Part shown: positions 11,965 to 25,485 of the stretch, one piece after another
How positions within the stretch are numbered: position 1 is the stretch's first letter
How the letters are laid out: each line of letters opens with the position of its first letter
Assembly: GCA_964016885.1 (NCBI GenBank)
Contig: OZ024761.1
Coordinates: forward strand, 28,644,001-28,708,000
Reading direction: 5' to 3'
Length of the DNA stretch: 64,000 nucleotides
From: Eledone cirrhosa
Lineage: Eukaryota
Position numbers and translations under genes: made by a program
The notes under the pieces: generated by a model
The model's database searches: none
What the model was told of the DNA's origin: nothing
The model's input: the letters and a program-made list of their open reading frames with translations, nothing else

Positions 11965-13485
11965 TGTAGTGGTGGTGGTGATGGCAGTGGTATTGGTGGT
12001 GGTGATGATGGCAGTGGTATTGGTGGTGGTGGTGATGGCAGTGGTATTGGTGGTGGTGGTGATGGCAGTGGTGGTGGTGATGGCAGTGGTATTGGTGGTG
12101 GTGATGGCAGTGGTATTGGTGGTGGTGATGGCAGTGGTATTGGTGGTGGTGATGGCAGTGGTATTGGTGGTGGAGACGGCAGTGGTATTGGTGGTGGTGA
12201 TGGCAGTGGTATTGGTGGTGGAGATGGCAGTGGTGGTGGTGATGGCAGTGGTATTGGTGGTGGTGATGGCAGTGGTATTGGTGGTGGTGGTGGCAGTGGT
12301 ATTGGTGGTGGTGATGGCAGTGGTGATGGTGGTGGAGATGGCAGTGGTGGTGGTGATGGCAGTGGTATTGGTGGTGGTGATGGCAGTGGTATTGGTGGTG
12401 GTGGTGGCAGTGGTATTGGTGGTGGTGATGGCAGTGGTATTGGTGGTGGAGATGGCAGTGGTGGTGGTGATGGCAGTGGTATTGGTGGTGGAGATGGCAG
12501 TGGTATTGGTGGTGGTGATGGCAGTGGTATTGGTGGTGGTGGTGGCAGTGGTATTGGTGGTGGTGGTGGCAGTGGTATTGGTGGTGGTGATGGCAGTGGT
12601 ATTGGTGGTGGAGATGGCAGTGGTGGTGGTGATGGCAGTGGTATTGGTGGTGGTGATGGCAGTGGTATTGGTGGTGGTGGTGGCAGTGGTATTGGTGGTG
12701 GTGATGGCAGTGGTATTGGTGGTGGAGATGGCAGTGGTGGTGGTGATGGCAGTGGTATTGGTGGTGGAGATGGCAGTGGTATTGGTGGTGGTGATGGCAG
12801 TGGTATTGGTGGTGGTGATGGCAGTGGTATTGGTGGTGGTGGTGGCAGTGGTATTGGTGGTGGTGATGGCAGTGGTATTGGTGGTGGTGATGGCAGTGGT
12901 ATTGGTGGTGGAGATGGCAGTGGTGGTGGTGATGGCAGTGGTATTGGTGGTGGTGATGGCAGTGGTATTGGTGGTGGTGGTGGCAGTGCTATTGGTGGTG
13001 GTGATGGCAGTGGTATTGGTGGTGGAGATGGCAGTGGTGGTGGTGATCGCAGTGGTATTGGTGGTGGTGATGGCAGTGGTATTGGTGGTGGTGGTGGCAG
13101 TGGTATTGGTGGTGGTGATGGCAGTGGTATTGGTGGTGGTGATGGCAGTGGTATTGGTGGTGGAGATGGCAGTGGTGGTGGTGATGGCAGTGGTATTGGT
13201 GGTGGTGATGGCAGTGGTATTGGTGGTGGTGGTGGCAGTGGTATTGGTGGTGGTGATGGCAGTGGTATTGGTGGTGGAGATGGCAGTGGTGGTGGTGATG
13301 GCAGTGGTATTGGTGGTGGTGATGGCAGTGGTATTGGTGGTGGTGGTGGCAGTGGTATTGGTGGTGGAGATGGCAGTGGTGGTGGTGATGGCAGTGGTAT
13401 TGGTGGTGGTGATGGCAGTGGTATTGGTGGTGGTGATGGCAGTGGTATTGGTGGTGGAGACGGCAGTGGTATTGGTGGTGGTGTA
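11965..13485. repeat. 24-bp minisatellite (ggtggtggtgatggcagtggtatt) with 18-bp variant and ~114-bp higher-order repeat
   Basis: Recurring translation (GGGDGSGI)2-GGGGGSGI-GGGDGSGI-GGGDGS. Confidence 0.9.
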
Positions 13486-13984
13486 TTAGTGGTGTTGGTA
13501 TATTGGTAGTGGTAATGGCAGTGGTGTTATTGGTGGAGTTGATATTGGTGGTAGCGATGGCGGTTGTCATGATTGGTGGTGGTGTAGTGGTGATTGGTGG
13601 TGGTGTAGTGGTGATTGGAGGTGTAAAAGGAAGAGGAGGGGTATGAGATGAGAGAGAGAGAGAGAGAGAGAGAAGGTAGAGGAGATGTGAAAGAGAGGAG
13701 GTGGTAGGAGATGTGAAAGAGAGAGGAGAGGTAGATGTGAAAGAGAGGAGGTGGTAGGAGATGTGAAAGAGAGGAGGTGGTAGGAGGTGTGAAAGAGAGA
13801 GAGGGGAGGTAGGAGGTGTGAGAGAGAGAGAGAGAGAGAGAGAGGGGGGTAATAACAGCAATGAAAGACAGAAATTGAGATCGGAAATATAGAAAATTAT
13901 ATAAAAAAAAATATATGGCAACAAAATCCACAAAAATAAATTAAAAATATTAAAATTTGAAAGGATCCACAAAAATAGAAATCT

Positions 13985-14790
13985 GTAATGTTGTTGTTGT
14001 TACTGTTGTTGTTGTTGTTGGTGTTGTTACTATTGTTGTTGTTACTGTTGTTGTTGTTGTTGTTGTTGTTACTGTTGTTGTTGTTGTTACTGTTGATGCT
14101 GTTGTTACTGTTGTTGTTACTGTTGTTGTTGTTGTTACTGTTGTTGTTGTTACTGTTGTTGTTGTTACTGTTGTTGTTACTGTTGTTACTGTTGTTACTG
14201 TTGTTACTGTTGCTGTTGTTACTGTTGTTGTTACTGTTGTTGTTGTTACTGTTGTTGTTACTGTTGTTGTTACTGTTGTTGTTACTGTTGATGCTGTTGT
14301 CATTGCTTTTGATGTTGTTACTGCGATTGTTCTTATTACTGTTGTTGCTGTTGCTGTTGTTGTTGTTGTTGTTGTTGATCTTATTGCTGTTGTTGTTACT
14401 GTTGTAATTGTTGCTCTTATTACACACTTGTTATTACTGTTGTTGCTGTAGTTGTTGTTGTTGCAGTTGTTGTTGTAGTTGTTGCAGTTGCTGTAGTTGT
14501 TGTTGTTGTAGTTGTTGATGCTGTAGTAGTTGTTGTTGTAGTTGTTGTGGTTATTAGTGTTGTCATAAGTGTTGCTCTTATTGCAATTGTTATTTTTGAT
14601 GCTATTGTTGTTAATGTGACTTTTGCTGCTGCTGTCGCTGCTGTTGTTATTGTCGTTCTTATTGTTTAAAGCTGTTATTGCTGCTGCTGCTATTGTTAAC
14701 AGCTTTAACTGCTGCTGTTGGTGGTACTTTAATTGTTGCTGATGTTGCTATTGCTGCTGCTGCTGCTGTTGTTGTTGCTGTTGTTGTTTT
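13985..14790. repeat. (GTT)n / gttact compound microsatellite
   Basis: Direct inspection. Confidence 0.9.
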
Positions 14791-14979
14791 AACGAGTTTA
14801 ACATGTTTAGTGAAACGAATCTTCATTAAGAGCTTAAACTTTCCATTGGAAATACATTAACAAGATTTAACTTCTATTGAAACTTACCCCCACCCCCCAC
14901 ACACACACACACTCACACAACCTCCTCTACCACCACTATATGTACTACTACCATCTCTTCCAGTCAGGAACCATCTAAA

Positions 14980-15900
14980 CCACCACCAGCACCACCACCA
15001 CTAGCAGCACAAGCCACACACCTATACACCACCACAACCACCACCTCCAAAAGGCACACACCATCTATACCACCACCAACACCACCTCCACCAACAGGCA
15101 AACACCATCTATACTACTACCACCACTAACACCACCAGCCACACACCATCTATACCACCACCAACACCACCTCCACAACCACCACCAGCCACACACCATC
15201 TATACCACCACCAACACCACCTCCACAACCACCACCAGCCACACACCCTCCAAACCACCACTAACACCACCTCCACAACCACCACCAGCCACACACCATC
15301 TATACCACCACCAACACGACCTCCACAACCACCACCAGCCACACGCCATCTATACCACCACCACCACCACAACCACCACCGCCAAAAGGCACACACCATC
15401 TATACCACCACCACCACCAAAAGGCACACACCATCTATACCACTACCATCACCAACGCCACCAGGCAAACACCATTTATACCACTACCACCACTAACACC
15501 ACCTCCACCACCAGCCACACACCATCTATACCACCACCACCTCCACAACCAAGCACATGCCATTTAAACTACCACCAACACCACTACCACTACCACCACT
15601 AAACATACACCTTAACTGCTTTCATCACAACCATTACACCACCACCATCATCATCATCATTGCTACCACTGTCAACAGATACATCATCATCATCATCACT
15701 ACTACCATAACCATAATAAATACCATCACCACCATCATCATCATCACTATCCATCATCATCACCATCATCATCAACATCATAATCATTACTATCCATCAT
15801 CATCACCACCATCATCACCATCACCATCACCATCACCATCACCATCACCATCACCATCACCATCATCATCACCATCACCATCACCATCACCATCATTACC
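14980..15900. repeat. CA-rich ~50-bp minisatellite (ccagccacacaccatctataccaccacc..) then (CAT/CAC)n
   Basis: Direct inspection. Confidence 0.8.
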
Positions 15901-16249
15901 AAGGGAAGTATTAAAGGGAACAGAAGAGGAAGTAGAAGAAAAAAAGAAAATGAAAAGGAGGAAAAGAAATAAGGATCAAGCAACAAAAGAAAGGGAGAGG
16001 GGGGAATACACTACGCCCCCCCCCCCCCCCTCCACACACACACACACCCACACCCAGTCAATCCTAAGTGAGTGTGTTGTAGAAAAACAAACACTTGGAA
16101 ATAAAAGGCAAGACATCCTTGGTGATGGACAAATTATAGAGAATTACAATGTCAAACTTGATTTTGGGGTCTACTTCTAGGAGAGCAGGAGAGAGAGACG
16201 GCAGAGGCCGTGAAGGGGAGAGTTGGGTTCCTTTGTGTTCAGACCTGGT

Positions 16250-16285
<36 letters not shown>

Positions 16286-16404
16286 GTATGTATATGTATG
16301 TATGTATGTAAATGTATATATGTTTCACATATACACTAGGAGAGCAGGAGAGAGACGGCAGAGGCCGTGAAGGGGAGAGTTAGGTTCCTTTGTGTTCAGA
16401 CCTG

Positions 16405-16448
<44 letters not shown>

Positions 16449-16570
16449 GTATGTATATGTATGTATGTATGTAAATGTATATATGTTTCACATATACACT
16501 AGGAGAGCAGGAGAGAGACGGCAGAGGCCGTGAAGGGGAGAGTTAGGTTCCTTTGTGTTCAGACCTGGTG

Positions 16571-16605
<35 letters not shown>

Positions 16606-16723
16606 ATGTATGTATGTATATGTATATATGTTTCACATATATACCAGGAGAGAGACGGCAGAGGCTGTGAAGGTTAGAGTTAGGTTCCTTTGTGTTCAGA
16701 CCTGGTGTATATATATATATGTA

Positions 16724-17434
16724 TGCAGTAGATGTACAGGGAAATTAGACAGTAGAAGTCGCACTGATAGACACATTTTTCAAATGCGAGAGGGCGCTAT
16801 AGAAGTGGTGGATAGCTTCCGGTACCTAGGAGATCAGATTAGCATGGGAGGAGGGTGTTCCGAGGCCATAGTATCTAGAATAAGGACGGGTTGGAAGAAG
16901 TTTAGGGAGCTGCTTCCTCTGTTGACGAAGAAGGGTTTCTCCCTGCGTACGAAAGGCCGGTTGTATGATGCCTGTGTGAGGAGCGCGATGCTGCATGGTA
17001 GTGAGACATGGGCAGCTACCGCAGAAGATATGCGACGGCTGGAGAGAAATGAGGCAAGCATGCTCCGTTGGATGTGCAGTGTAAATGTGCGTGAACGACC
17101 CAGCATAAATGTGTTGAGAGAGAAACTGTGTCTGAGAGGGATAGAATGTAGTGTACGGGAGAGGAGACTGAGGTGGTATGGACATGTGATGCGCATGGAG
17201 GATGACCGATGGGTGAAGAAGTGCCAGGAAATGCCAGTTGAAGGAAGACGTGGTAGAGGTAGACCACGAAAAACATGGGCGGAGGTGGTGAGAACAGACC
17301 TCAGATCATTGAAGCTCACGGTGGAGATGACGAGGGACCGTGACGAGTGGAGAGATGCTGTGCTGAATAAGACCCGTCCCACCCTTGCAAGCAGGGAAAA
17401 GCGGACGTAAAATGATGATGATGATGATGATGAT
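16724..17434 (+). mobile_element. 5'-truncated RTE-clade LINE (family 1), C-terminal part of ORF uninterrupted
   Basis: EVVDSFRYLG, LYDACVRSAMLHGSETW, RRLRWYGHVMRM, RGRGRPRKTW; stop 17408-17410; (TGA)n tail. Confidence 0.95.
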
Positions 17435-17572
17435 ATATATATATATATATGTATGTATATGTATGTATGCATGTATATGTATATATGTTTCACATATACA
17501 CTAGGAGAGCATGAGAGAGACGGCAGAGGCCGTGAAGGGGAGAGTTAGGTTCCTTTGTGTTCAGACCTGGTG

Positions 17573-18022
17573 TATATATATATATGAATGTATATATAGT
17601 GTATTTTGCAATACACTGTATGCTTAATTAAAAGCATTTCAAAGACCTTATGCTATTGTTTTAGAGTAGTGACAGACTCACTTACTTTAATTTCAGCAAA
17701 CAGGGGGAGATAAAGCTGACAAGGCCTTGTTTCGCATTTATTGATGCTTATCAAAGCCAACTACTCCTCCTGTTTGCTGAAATCATGGATGTTTGGTTCT
17801 TATAGAATTCTACTAAATAATCAGGAACTGATTATACAGAGCAGTTGCCGATCAAGCAGATCTCCCCCCGTTTGCCGAAATTAAAGTAAGTGAGTCTGTC
17901 ACTACTCTAAAACAATAGCATAAGGTCTTCGAAATGCTTTTAATTAAGCATACAGTGTATTGCAAAATACACTATATATACATTCATATATATATAGCTA
18001 TTTCAGAGCACCAATTCTAATA
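17573..18022. mobile_element. Foldback element (~138-bp inverted arms), probable Penelope-like terminal-repeat remnant
   Basis: 17573-17711 is the reverse complement of 17860-17996; spacer holds a hammerhead fold; inserted in a TA tract. Confidence 0.75.
17715..17757 (-). ncRNA. Degenerate minimal hammerhead ribozyme
   Basis: Minus: gct TTGATAA gcat caataa atgc GAAA caaggccttg TC agc; palindromic stem III; two core changes versus CTGATGA. Confidence 0.6.
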
Positions 18023-18262
18023 TATATGTATGTATGTATATGTATATATGTTTCATATACATACATACACTAGGAGAGCAGGAGAGAGACGGCAGAGGCA
18101 GTGAAGGTGAGAGTTAGGTTCCTTTGTGTTCGTACCTGGTGTATATATATATATGTATGTATGTATATGTATATATGTTTCACATATACACTAGGAGAGC
18201 AGGAGAGAGACGGCAGAGGCAGTGAAGGGGAGAGTTAGGTTCCTTTGTGTTCGGACCTGGTG

Positions 18263-18295
<33 letters not shown>

Positions 18296-18660
18296 ATATA
18301 TGTATATATCTTTCACAGACACACACTCACGTGTCTACAGTTTTTGTCATACTCGTAGACTAAACCATGCTTGACAAACTCATTGAAAAAATCCAATCAC
18401 AACCACATCACACATTGGTTTATAGTTTAAAAAGCCGGCATTTGTGATCAATAGCTGTCCCTCTTAAGTACAATATTATTGGCCAAAGCCTGGACACACA
18501 AACACTAATTCCCATTTTATATCATTATTATTGTATACGCACACACACACCAAACATATATGTGTATATATATATATATACATATATATATACACACAAT
18601 ATATGTTTCTACAATAGTTTTAAGTATATCCTGTAGACTATACATTTTATGGGATTAGTA

Positions 18661-18722
18661 TACTCTTTTACTCTTTTACCTGTTTCAGCCATCCGGCTGA
18701 GGCCATGCTGGGGCACCGCCCT
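18661..18722 (-). mobile_element. Probable 3' end of a SINE/LINE with (TAAAAGAG)n tail
   Basis: tactcttttactcttttacctgtttcagccatccggctgaggccatgctggggcaccgcc; weak relative near 33268-33305. Confidence 0.45.
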
Positions 18723-18738
18723 TGTTATATATATATAT

Positions 18739-19018
18739 AAAGTTTAAAGTCTGTCTTAAGCCAGAAGGCTCATTTGGCCGGTACTTATCCCAGTTTCATG
18801 GTGTGAAGCGACTGAGAGTACAAGACTGCCCCCTGGACAGGACACCAGTCCATCGCAGGGTTAAACCCCCGGCTATTGCTGGTACTCTTTTTCAGCTGAA
18901 TATACTGGAGCCACATGAAATGAAGTGTTTTGCTCAACAACACAACACGTAACCCAGGAATCGAACCCACGATATTATGATTGTAAGTCCAACACCCTTA
19001 CACTAGGCCACATGCCTC

Positions 19019-19020
<2 letters not shown>
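18739..19020 (-). mobile_element. tRNA-CORE SINE (family C) with V-domain-like block
   Basis: Head tgtggcctagtgtaagggtgttgg...gggttcgattcc; CORE; cctgcgatggactggtgtcctgtccagggg; second copy 48835-49020. Confidence 0.85.
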
Positions 19021-19060
<40 letters not shown>

Positions 19061-19061
<1 letters not shown>

Positions 19062-19220
19062 TGTCCAAGGGAAAGGCTTGGTACAGTGATGTCACAACTC
19101 ATTTCTACAGCTGAGTAAACTGGAGCAAAGTGAAATAAAGTGTACACATCATCCTGTCTGAGAATCGAACTCACAACCTCAAGATTGCAAGCCCAATGCT
19201 CTAACCACTAAGCCATGTGA
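19061..19220 (-). mobile_element. tRNA-CORE SINE, family-A head with a different 3' segment
   Basis: catggcttagtggttagagcattgggcttgcaatc...gttcgattctcagac; CORE; then gttgtgacatcactgtaccaagcc. Confidence 0.8.
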
Positions 19221-19305
19221 TTCATATACATGCAAAGATATATATATATATGAATACACGCACATACATACATATACATATATATATATGTGTACATATA
19301 TATTG

Positions 19306-19340
<35 letters not shown>

Positions 19341-19419
19341 TAATATACGTATACATATATACATACACATACACACACAATATACATATACATATACATA
19401 CATAATATACATATACATT

Positions 19420-19915
19420 TATACATATACCCAAACATACATATATATACATACCCAAACATATATATATACATACACACAAACATACATATATACATAC
19501 CCAAACATACACACATATATACATACACACAAACATACATATATACATACCCAAACATACACACATATATACATACACACAAACATACATATATACATAC
19601 CCAAACATACACATATATATACATACACACAAATATACATATATACATACCCAAACATACACATATATATACATACACACAAACATACTCAAACATATAT
19701 ATATACATACACACAAACATACATATATATACATACCCAAACATACACATATATATACATACACACAAACATACCCAAACATATATATATACATACACAC
19801 AAACATACATATATACATACACACAAACACACCTATATATATATACATACACACAAACACACATATATACATACCCAAACATACACATACCCCAAAACAC
19901 ACACACACATCTAAA
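19420..19915. repeat. ~50-bp CA/TA-derived minisatellite (cccaaacatacac...)
   Basis: Direct inspection. Confidence 0.8.
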
Positions 19916-19948
19916 CACCTATATATCATACATACATATATTTACATA

Positions 19949-20011
<63 letters not shown>

Positions 20012-20042
20012 GATCAAAAGATGGTTAAAAGAGTTCCATGTA

Positions 20043-20109
20043 TTTTATTATGCGCATTTCAAAAACAAATATCATCCAGGGACGATATTTGCGTTCTCAT
20101 CAGATGAAA
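20043..20109 (-). ncRNA. Hammerhead ribozyme (inverted copy)
   Basis: Reverse complement of 20207-20273 with one stem-I mismatch. Confidence 0.7.
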
Positions 20110-20206
20110 TAGGGAGACATGATATGAAGCTTAAAAAAGACACTTGTGAGCAAGGTAGTGTCTAAACAACATATGTCTTTTTTAAGCTTCATATCATGTC
20201 TCCCTA

Positions 20207-20273
20207 TTTTATCTGATGAGAACGCAAATATCGTCCCTGGATGATATTTGTTTTTGAAATGCGCATAATAAAA
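20207..20273 (+). ncRNA. Minimal type-I hammerhead ribozyme, canonical core
   Basis: ttttat CTGATGA [gaacgcaaatatcgtc cctg gatgatatttgttttt] GAAA tgcgca TA ataaaa: 6-bp stem I, long stem II, palindromic stem III. Confidence 0.8.
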
Positions 20274-20416
20274 CACATGGAACTTTTTTAACCATCTTTT
20301 AATTTCTTCTTATATATACTCCAGTCCAATAAACTGGTGAGTGGTACTTATCCGATATTTGCATTGCTTTATTATGCTACAATAAAACTCACCTCCTACA
20401 TATATATATATATACA

Positions 20417-20448
<32 letters not shown>

Positions 20449-20471
20449 CTGAGCGCTAACTCTTATATATA

Positions 20472-20790
20472 TCATCATCATTTCATTTTACGTCCGCGTT
20501 TCCCTGCTTGCAAGGGTGGGACGGGAACTGATTCTGGCTTGATTTCTACAGCTGGATGCCCTTCCTAACACCAACCTCATTTACAGTGAGTGCTGGTTGT
20601 TTGTTTGCCGTGGCACCTCCACGACCACTTTCCAGTGGAATGATAGGGACCCCATTTCTACAGCTGAGTAAACTGGAGCAATGTGAAATAAAGTGTCTTG
20701 CTCAAGGAAACAACACATCACCCGGTCTGAGAATTGTTGAACTCACAACCTTTTGATTGCAAGGCCAATGCTTAACCACTAAGCCATGTG
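20472..20790 (-). mobile_element. Family-A tRNA-CORE SINE with RTE tail
   Basis: Colinear with 2152-2476; one arm of the internal hairpin deleted. Confidence 0.9.
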
Positions 20791-21127
20791 TCTCCTTTAT
20801 ATATATATAGATATAAGTTGACTGTCTATAATAGTTTTGTACCCTGGAGAACAACATATTTATGGTCATGGAGGCTTTTCTATGAGTGAAGAACTGTGGA
20901 ATCGGTTCAGTTCTATCAGTTATGTCAGTACCACATCAATATTTCACGAAGAAATGTTTTTACAACCAGAATTAACGGGACTATTAAACCTATGTTATTC
21001 TTCATCAAATATTTCACATCTCAAATAATTCAGAATGGAGAATTTTATCCCAAAGGGATTTTAAGTAAGTTCGTGTGTGTCTCTTAAATGTTGTTCTAAG
21101 AATTCTTAAGACCTAAAGGAATGGACT

Positions 21128-21510
21128 TTGTTGTGGTTGTTGTTGATGTTGTTGTTGTTGTCGCTGTTGTGATAGTTGATTTTACTGTTGTAGTTGTGAC
21201 TGTTATTGTCACTGTTGCTGTTGTTGCTGTTGCTGCTATTGTTGTTGTTGCTGTTGTTGTCGCTGTTGTGATAGTTGATTTTACTGTTGTTGTTGTGATA
21301 TTTGCTGTTATTGTTGTTGATGTTGTTACTGTGTTGGTTGTGGTGATGGTGGTGATCATGATGGCATGGTGATAGTAATATGGTGGTGGTGGTGGTTGTG
21401 GTAGTGGTAGTGGTGGTGGTTGTTGTGGTAGTCGCTGTCACTGTTGTTATTGTGGGTGTTAGTGGTTTTGTTGTTGCTGTTGTTGCAATACAACTACCAC
21501 CACCATCACA
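21128..21510. repeat. (GTT)n/(GGT)n low-complexity tract
   Basis: Direct inspection. Confidence 0.85.
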
Positions 21511-21514
21511 TATA

Positions 21515-21599
<85 letters not shown>

Positions 21600-21999
21600 A
21601 CACATATATATGTGCATATGCATATATAAATATATATATGTATACACATATATATGTGCATATGCATATATATATATATATTTACACACATATATGTGTA
21701 TATATATATATATGCACATATATATGTGCATATATATGTGTGTATATATATATACATATAAATATATATATATATACACACACACATATATATGCACATA
21801 TATATGTGTATATATATATATATATATATGCACATATATATGTGCATATTTATATGTGTGTGTATATATATACATATAAATATATATATATTTATATATA
21901 TATAACTGTGTGTAAGCAATACCAGTGCAAAAGTTAAAAAAAAAAATCAAAAAGACTGTGTGCAACAGTGTCTATTGTACACATGTCTGACTGCCTGCC

Positions 22000-22058
22000 T
22001 ATCTATCTTTGTATTGTCCCCTTTTTTTGTGTGCCCTTGTGGCTAATAAAGAAATATA
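22000..22058 (+). mobile_element. Probable LINE 3' tail
   Basis: gcccttgtggctaataaagaaat; reverse copy atttctttattggccacaagggc at 41882-41904. Confidence 0.5.
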
Positions 22059-22369
22059 TCTATCTCTCTGTCTGTCTGTCTAATCCTACAACCGCCACCC
22101 TCACTACCTCCTACATACACCCTTCCTCCTTCCCCAACACAATAGGAAACAATGCCATTCAGCCCACACCCCTACCACCAACAGTCCTTTCTTAAAACTA
22201 AAAATCAAAGTCAAAATATATTTCAATAGGAAAAAAAAAAGCCAGTTAAATTCTTAGATCTTATTCACAAACCCTCTTGTATCACACAAGTCACCCCCCC
22301 CACACACACATATATATACACATACACGCAGTACACATACGCATTGATACACACTTAAACACATACACA

Positions 22370-23875
<1,506 letters not shown>

Positions 23876-24932
23876 TAAAGTGATGATGCTGTATAGAAGA
23901 GACAGAGGGGTGACAGAAATACAGACAGAGCTTGATAGAGAGAGAGGGGAGGGGGAGAGAGCGATAAAGGGGGGAGGGAGGGGAGATAGAGCGATAGAGG
24001 GAGGGAGGGGGAGAGAGAGTGATGGGGAGAGAGAAGGAAAGAGTGAGTAAGTTAGCGAGAGAGCGAGGGAGGTAGGGAGCAAGTGAGAAAGAGAGAGAAA
24101 GAGGAAAGAAGAGATAAAAAGAGAAAAAGATAAAGATAATCCTCTCCTCCTCCTCCTTCCACAGGTCAACCATATATTTTTTTTCTACTTTGATCATTGG
24201 GTTAAAAAAAAAGAGGAAAAAGAAAACAAAAAGACATTTGTTTCTGAAATATCAGTAACAACAACAAACAACAACAACACCAATAACACAACTAAAACAA
24301 CAACAACACACACATTAACAAAAAATGTATATAATACTAAATAGAAAAAAATAATTCAAACAAAGGAATCCAAAGAATGATGGTGGTGGGGGTAGTAAGA
24401 AAAGAATAGCAAAAAAACTGATAGTTTAACAGAAATACAGGCCAATAGAGTATAAAGGTGGTGGTGGTGGTGGGTTAGGGACTGAAATGAGAGTGAGGGT
24501 GTCACCCCCCCCCCCTACCCTTCCCCCAAAAAACTAAAAAAAAAAATTGGAAACCGAACAATGGCAGTGTAGTTTACATAGTTTAAGAAAGAAAATAGAA
24601 AAAAAATCTTGTCTTTTCTCTAGGAAATAATGGTTTCTAATTTACAGACAGAAGGGCAGTAATTTTGGTAGAGGTGAAGTTTTATTTCTTCTTCCCCCTC
24701 ACATAGAATAACATATCTTGTCGCGGTGGTAGCATGATAAAATACACCCAGTACAGTCTGTAAAGTAGTTAGGGATATCTCGGCTATGTAGCCAGAGAAG
24801 ACAAGTAAAAAATGGAACGTGTGTGTATGTGTAAGTAAGAACTGGATTCCACATGCTGCACTTGTAGGCAACCTACCTAAGAGAGCAATAACTGATATAA
24901 GGTAGACCAAACATTTAATCCTCTTTATATGA

Positions 24933-25485
24933 TGTGTGGCTTAGTGGTTAAGGTGTTGGTCTCACAATCATAAGGTCGTAAGTTTGATTCTTGGATCAAG
25001 TGAAGCACTCTTTTCTTGAGAAAACTACTGTATTTCACATGGCTCCTTCTGCCAAGAGTTGCAGCCAGCAGATAGTATCAGTAAAGGAAAGAGCAATGGA
25101 AACATTGTTTCATTGTACGACCTGATGACCAGCTCCTTTATTCTGCCAGGAGTTGTGACAGAGATAGTATCAGCAATAGAAAGGCCAATGGAAACATTGT
25201 TTCCTTGGTTCAATCAAAAAATCTTAAGATCAGGTTTCTTCTGCTAGGAGTTGCAACACACAGATATTATCAGCAATAGAAATACCAATGGATTCGTTGG
25301 TCCAATCCGACAATCTTATGATCAGCTCCTTGTTTTTTGCTAGGAGTTGTAATAGACAAATATTACCAGCAATGGAAAGACAAATGGAAACAGTGTTTCC
25401 TTGGTCCAATCTAATGATCAGCTCTTTTACTCTGCCAGGAATTGTAACTAACATATACCATAAGCAATGGAAAGACCAATGAAAA
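24933..25485 (+). mobile_element. tRNA-CORE SINE (family D) with ~5 diverged tandem ~95-bp body units
   Basis: Head tgtggcttagtggttaaggtgttgg...gtttgattc; units ctgccaggagttg..agatagtatcagcaatagaaaggccaatggaaacattgtttcc at ~25048, 25143, 25241, 25337, 25431. Confidence 0.75.

Larger units (their letters stand above)
16177..18315. repeat. ~120-165-bp tandem repeat (75-bp core plus variable TA/TATG tract), 7 cores, interrupted by two insertions
   Basis: Core ctaggagagcaggagagagacggcagaggccgtgaaggggagagttaggttcctttgtgttcagacctggtg at ~16177, 16336, 16499, 16644, 17481, 18070, 18191. Confidence 0.9.
20005..20400 (+). mobile_element. Penelope-like inverted terminal-repeat remnant (127-bp arms) between TA tracts
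   Basis: 20016-20142 is the reverse complement of 20174-20300; each arm has a hammerhead; one-sided extension 20300-20400 with aataaa and ggtgagt. Confidence 0.8.

Noticed and set aside
16177-18315. Constant core with variable spacers as a CRISPR-like array
   Set aside because: Spacers are slipped TA/TATG microsatellite versions of one another, not unique sequences
20815-21090. Unique island as a host exon
   Set aside because: Only short ORFs with no recognisable similarity; cannot support it without BLAST or RNA-seq
24438-24460. CCAAT plus TATAAA promoter
   Set aside because: Motifs only a few nt apart and no downstream exon identified; expected by chance in AT-rich DNA
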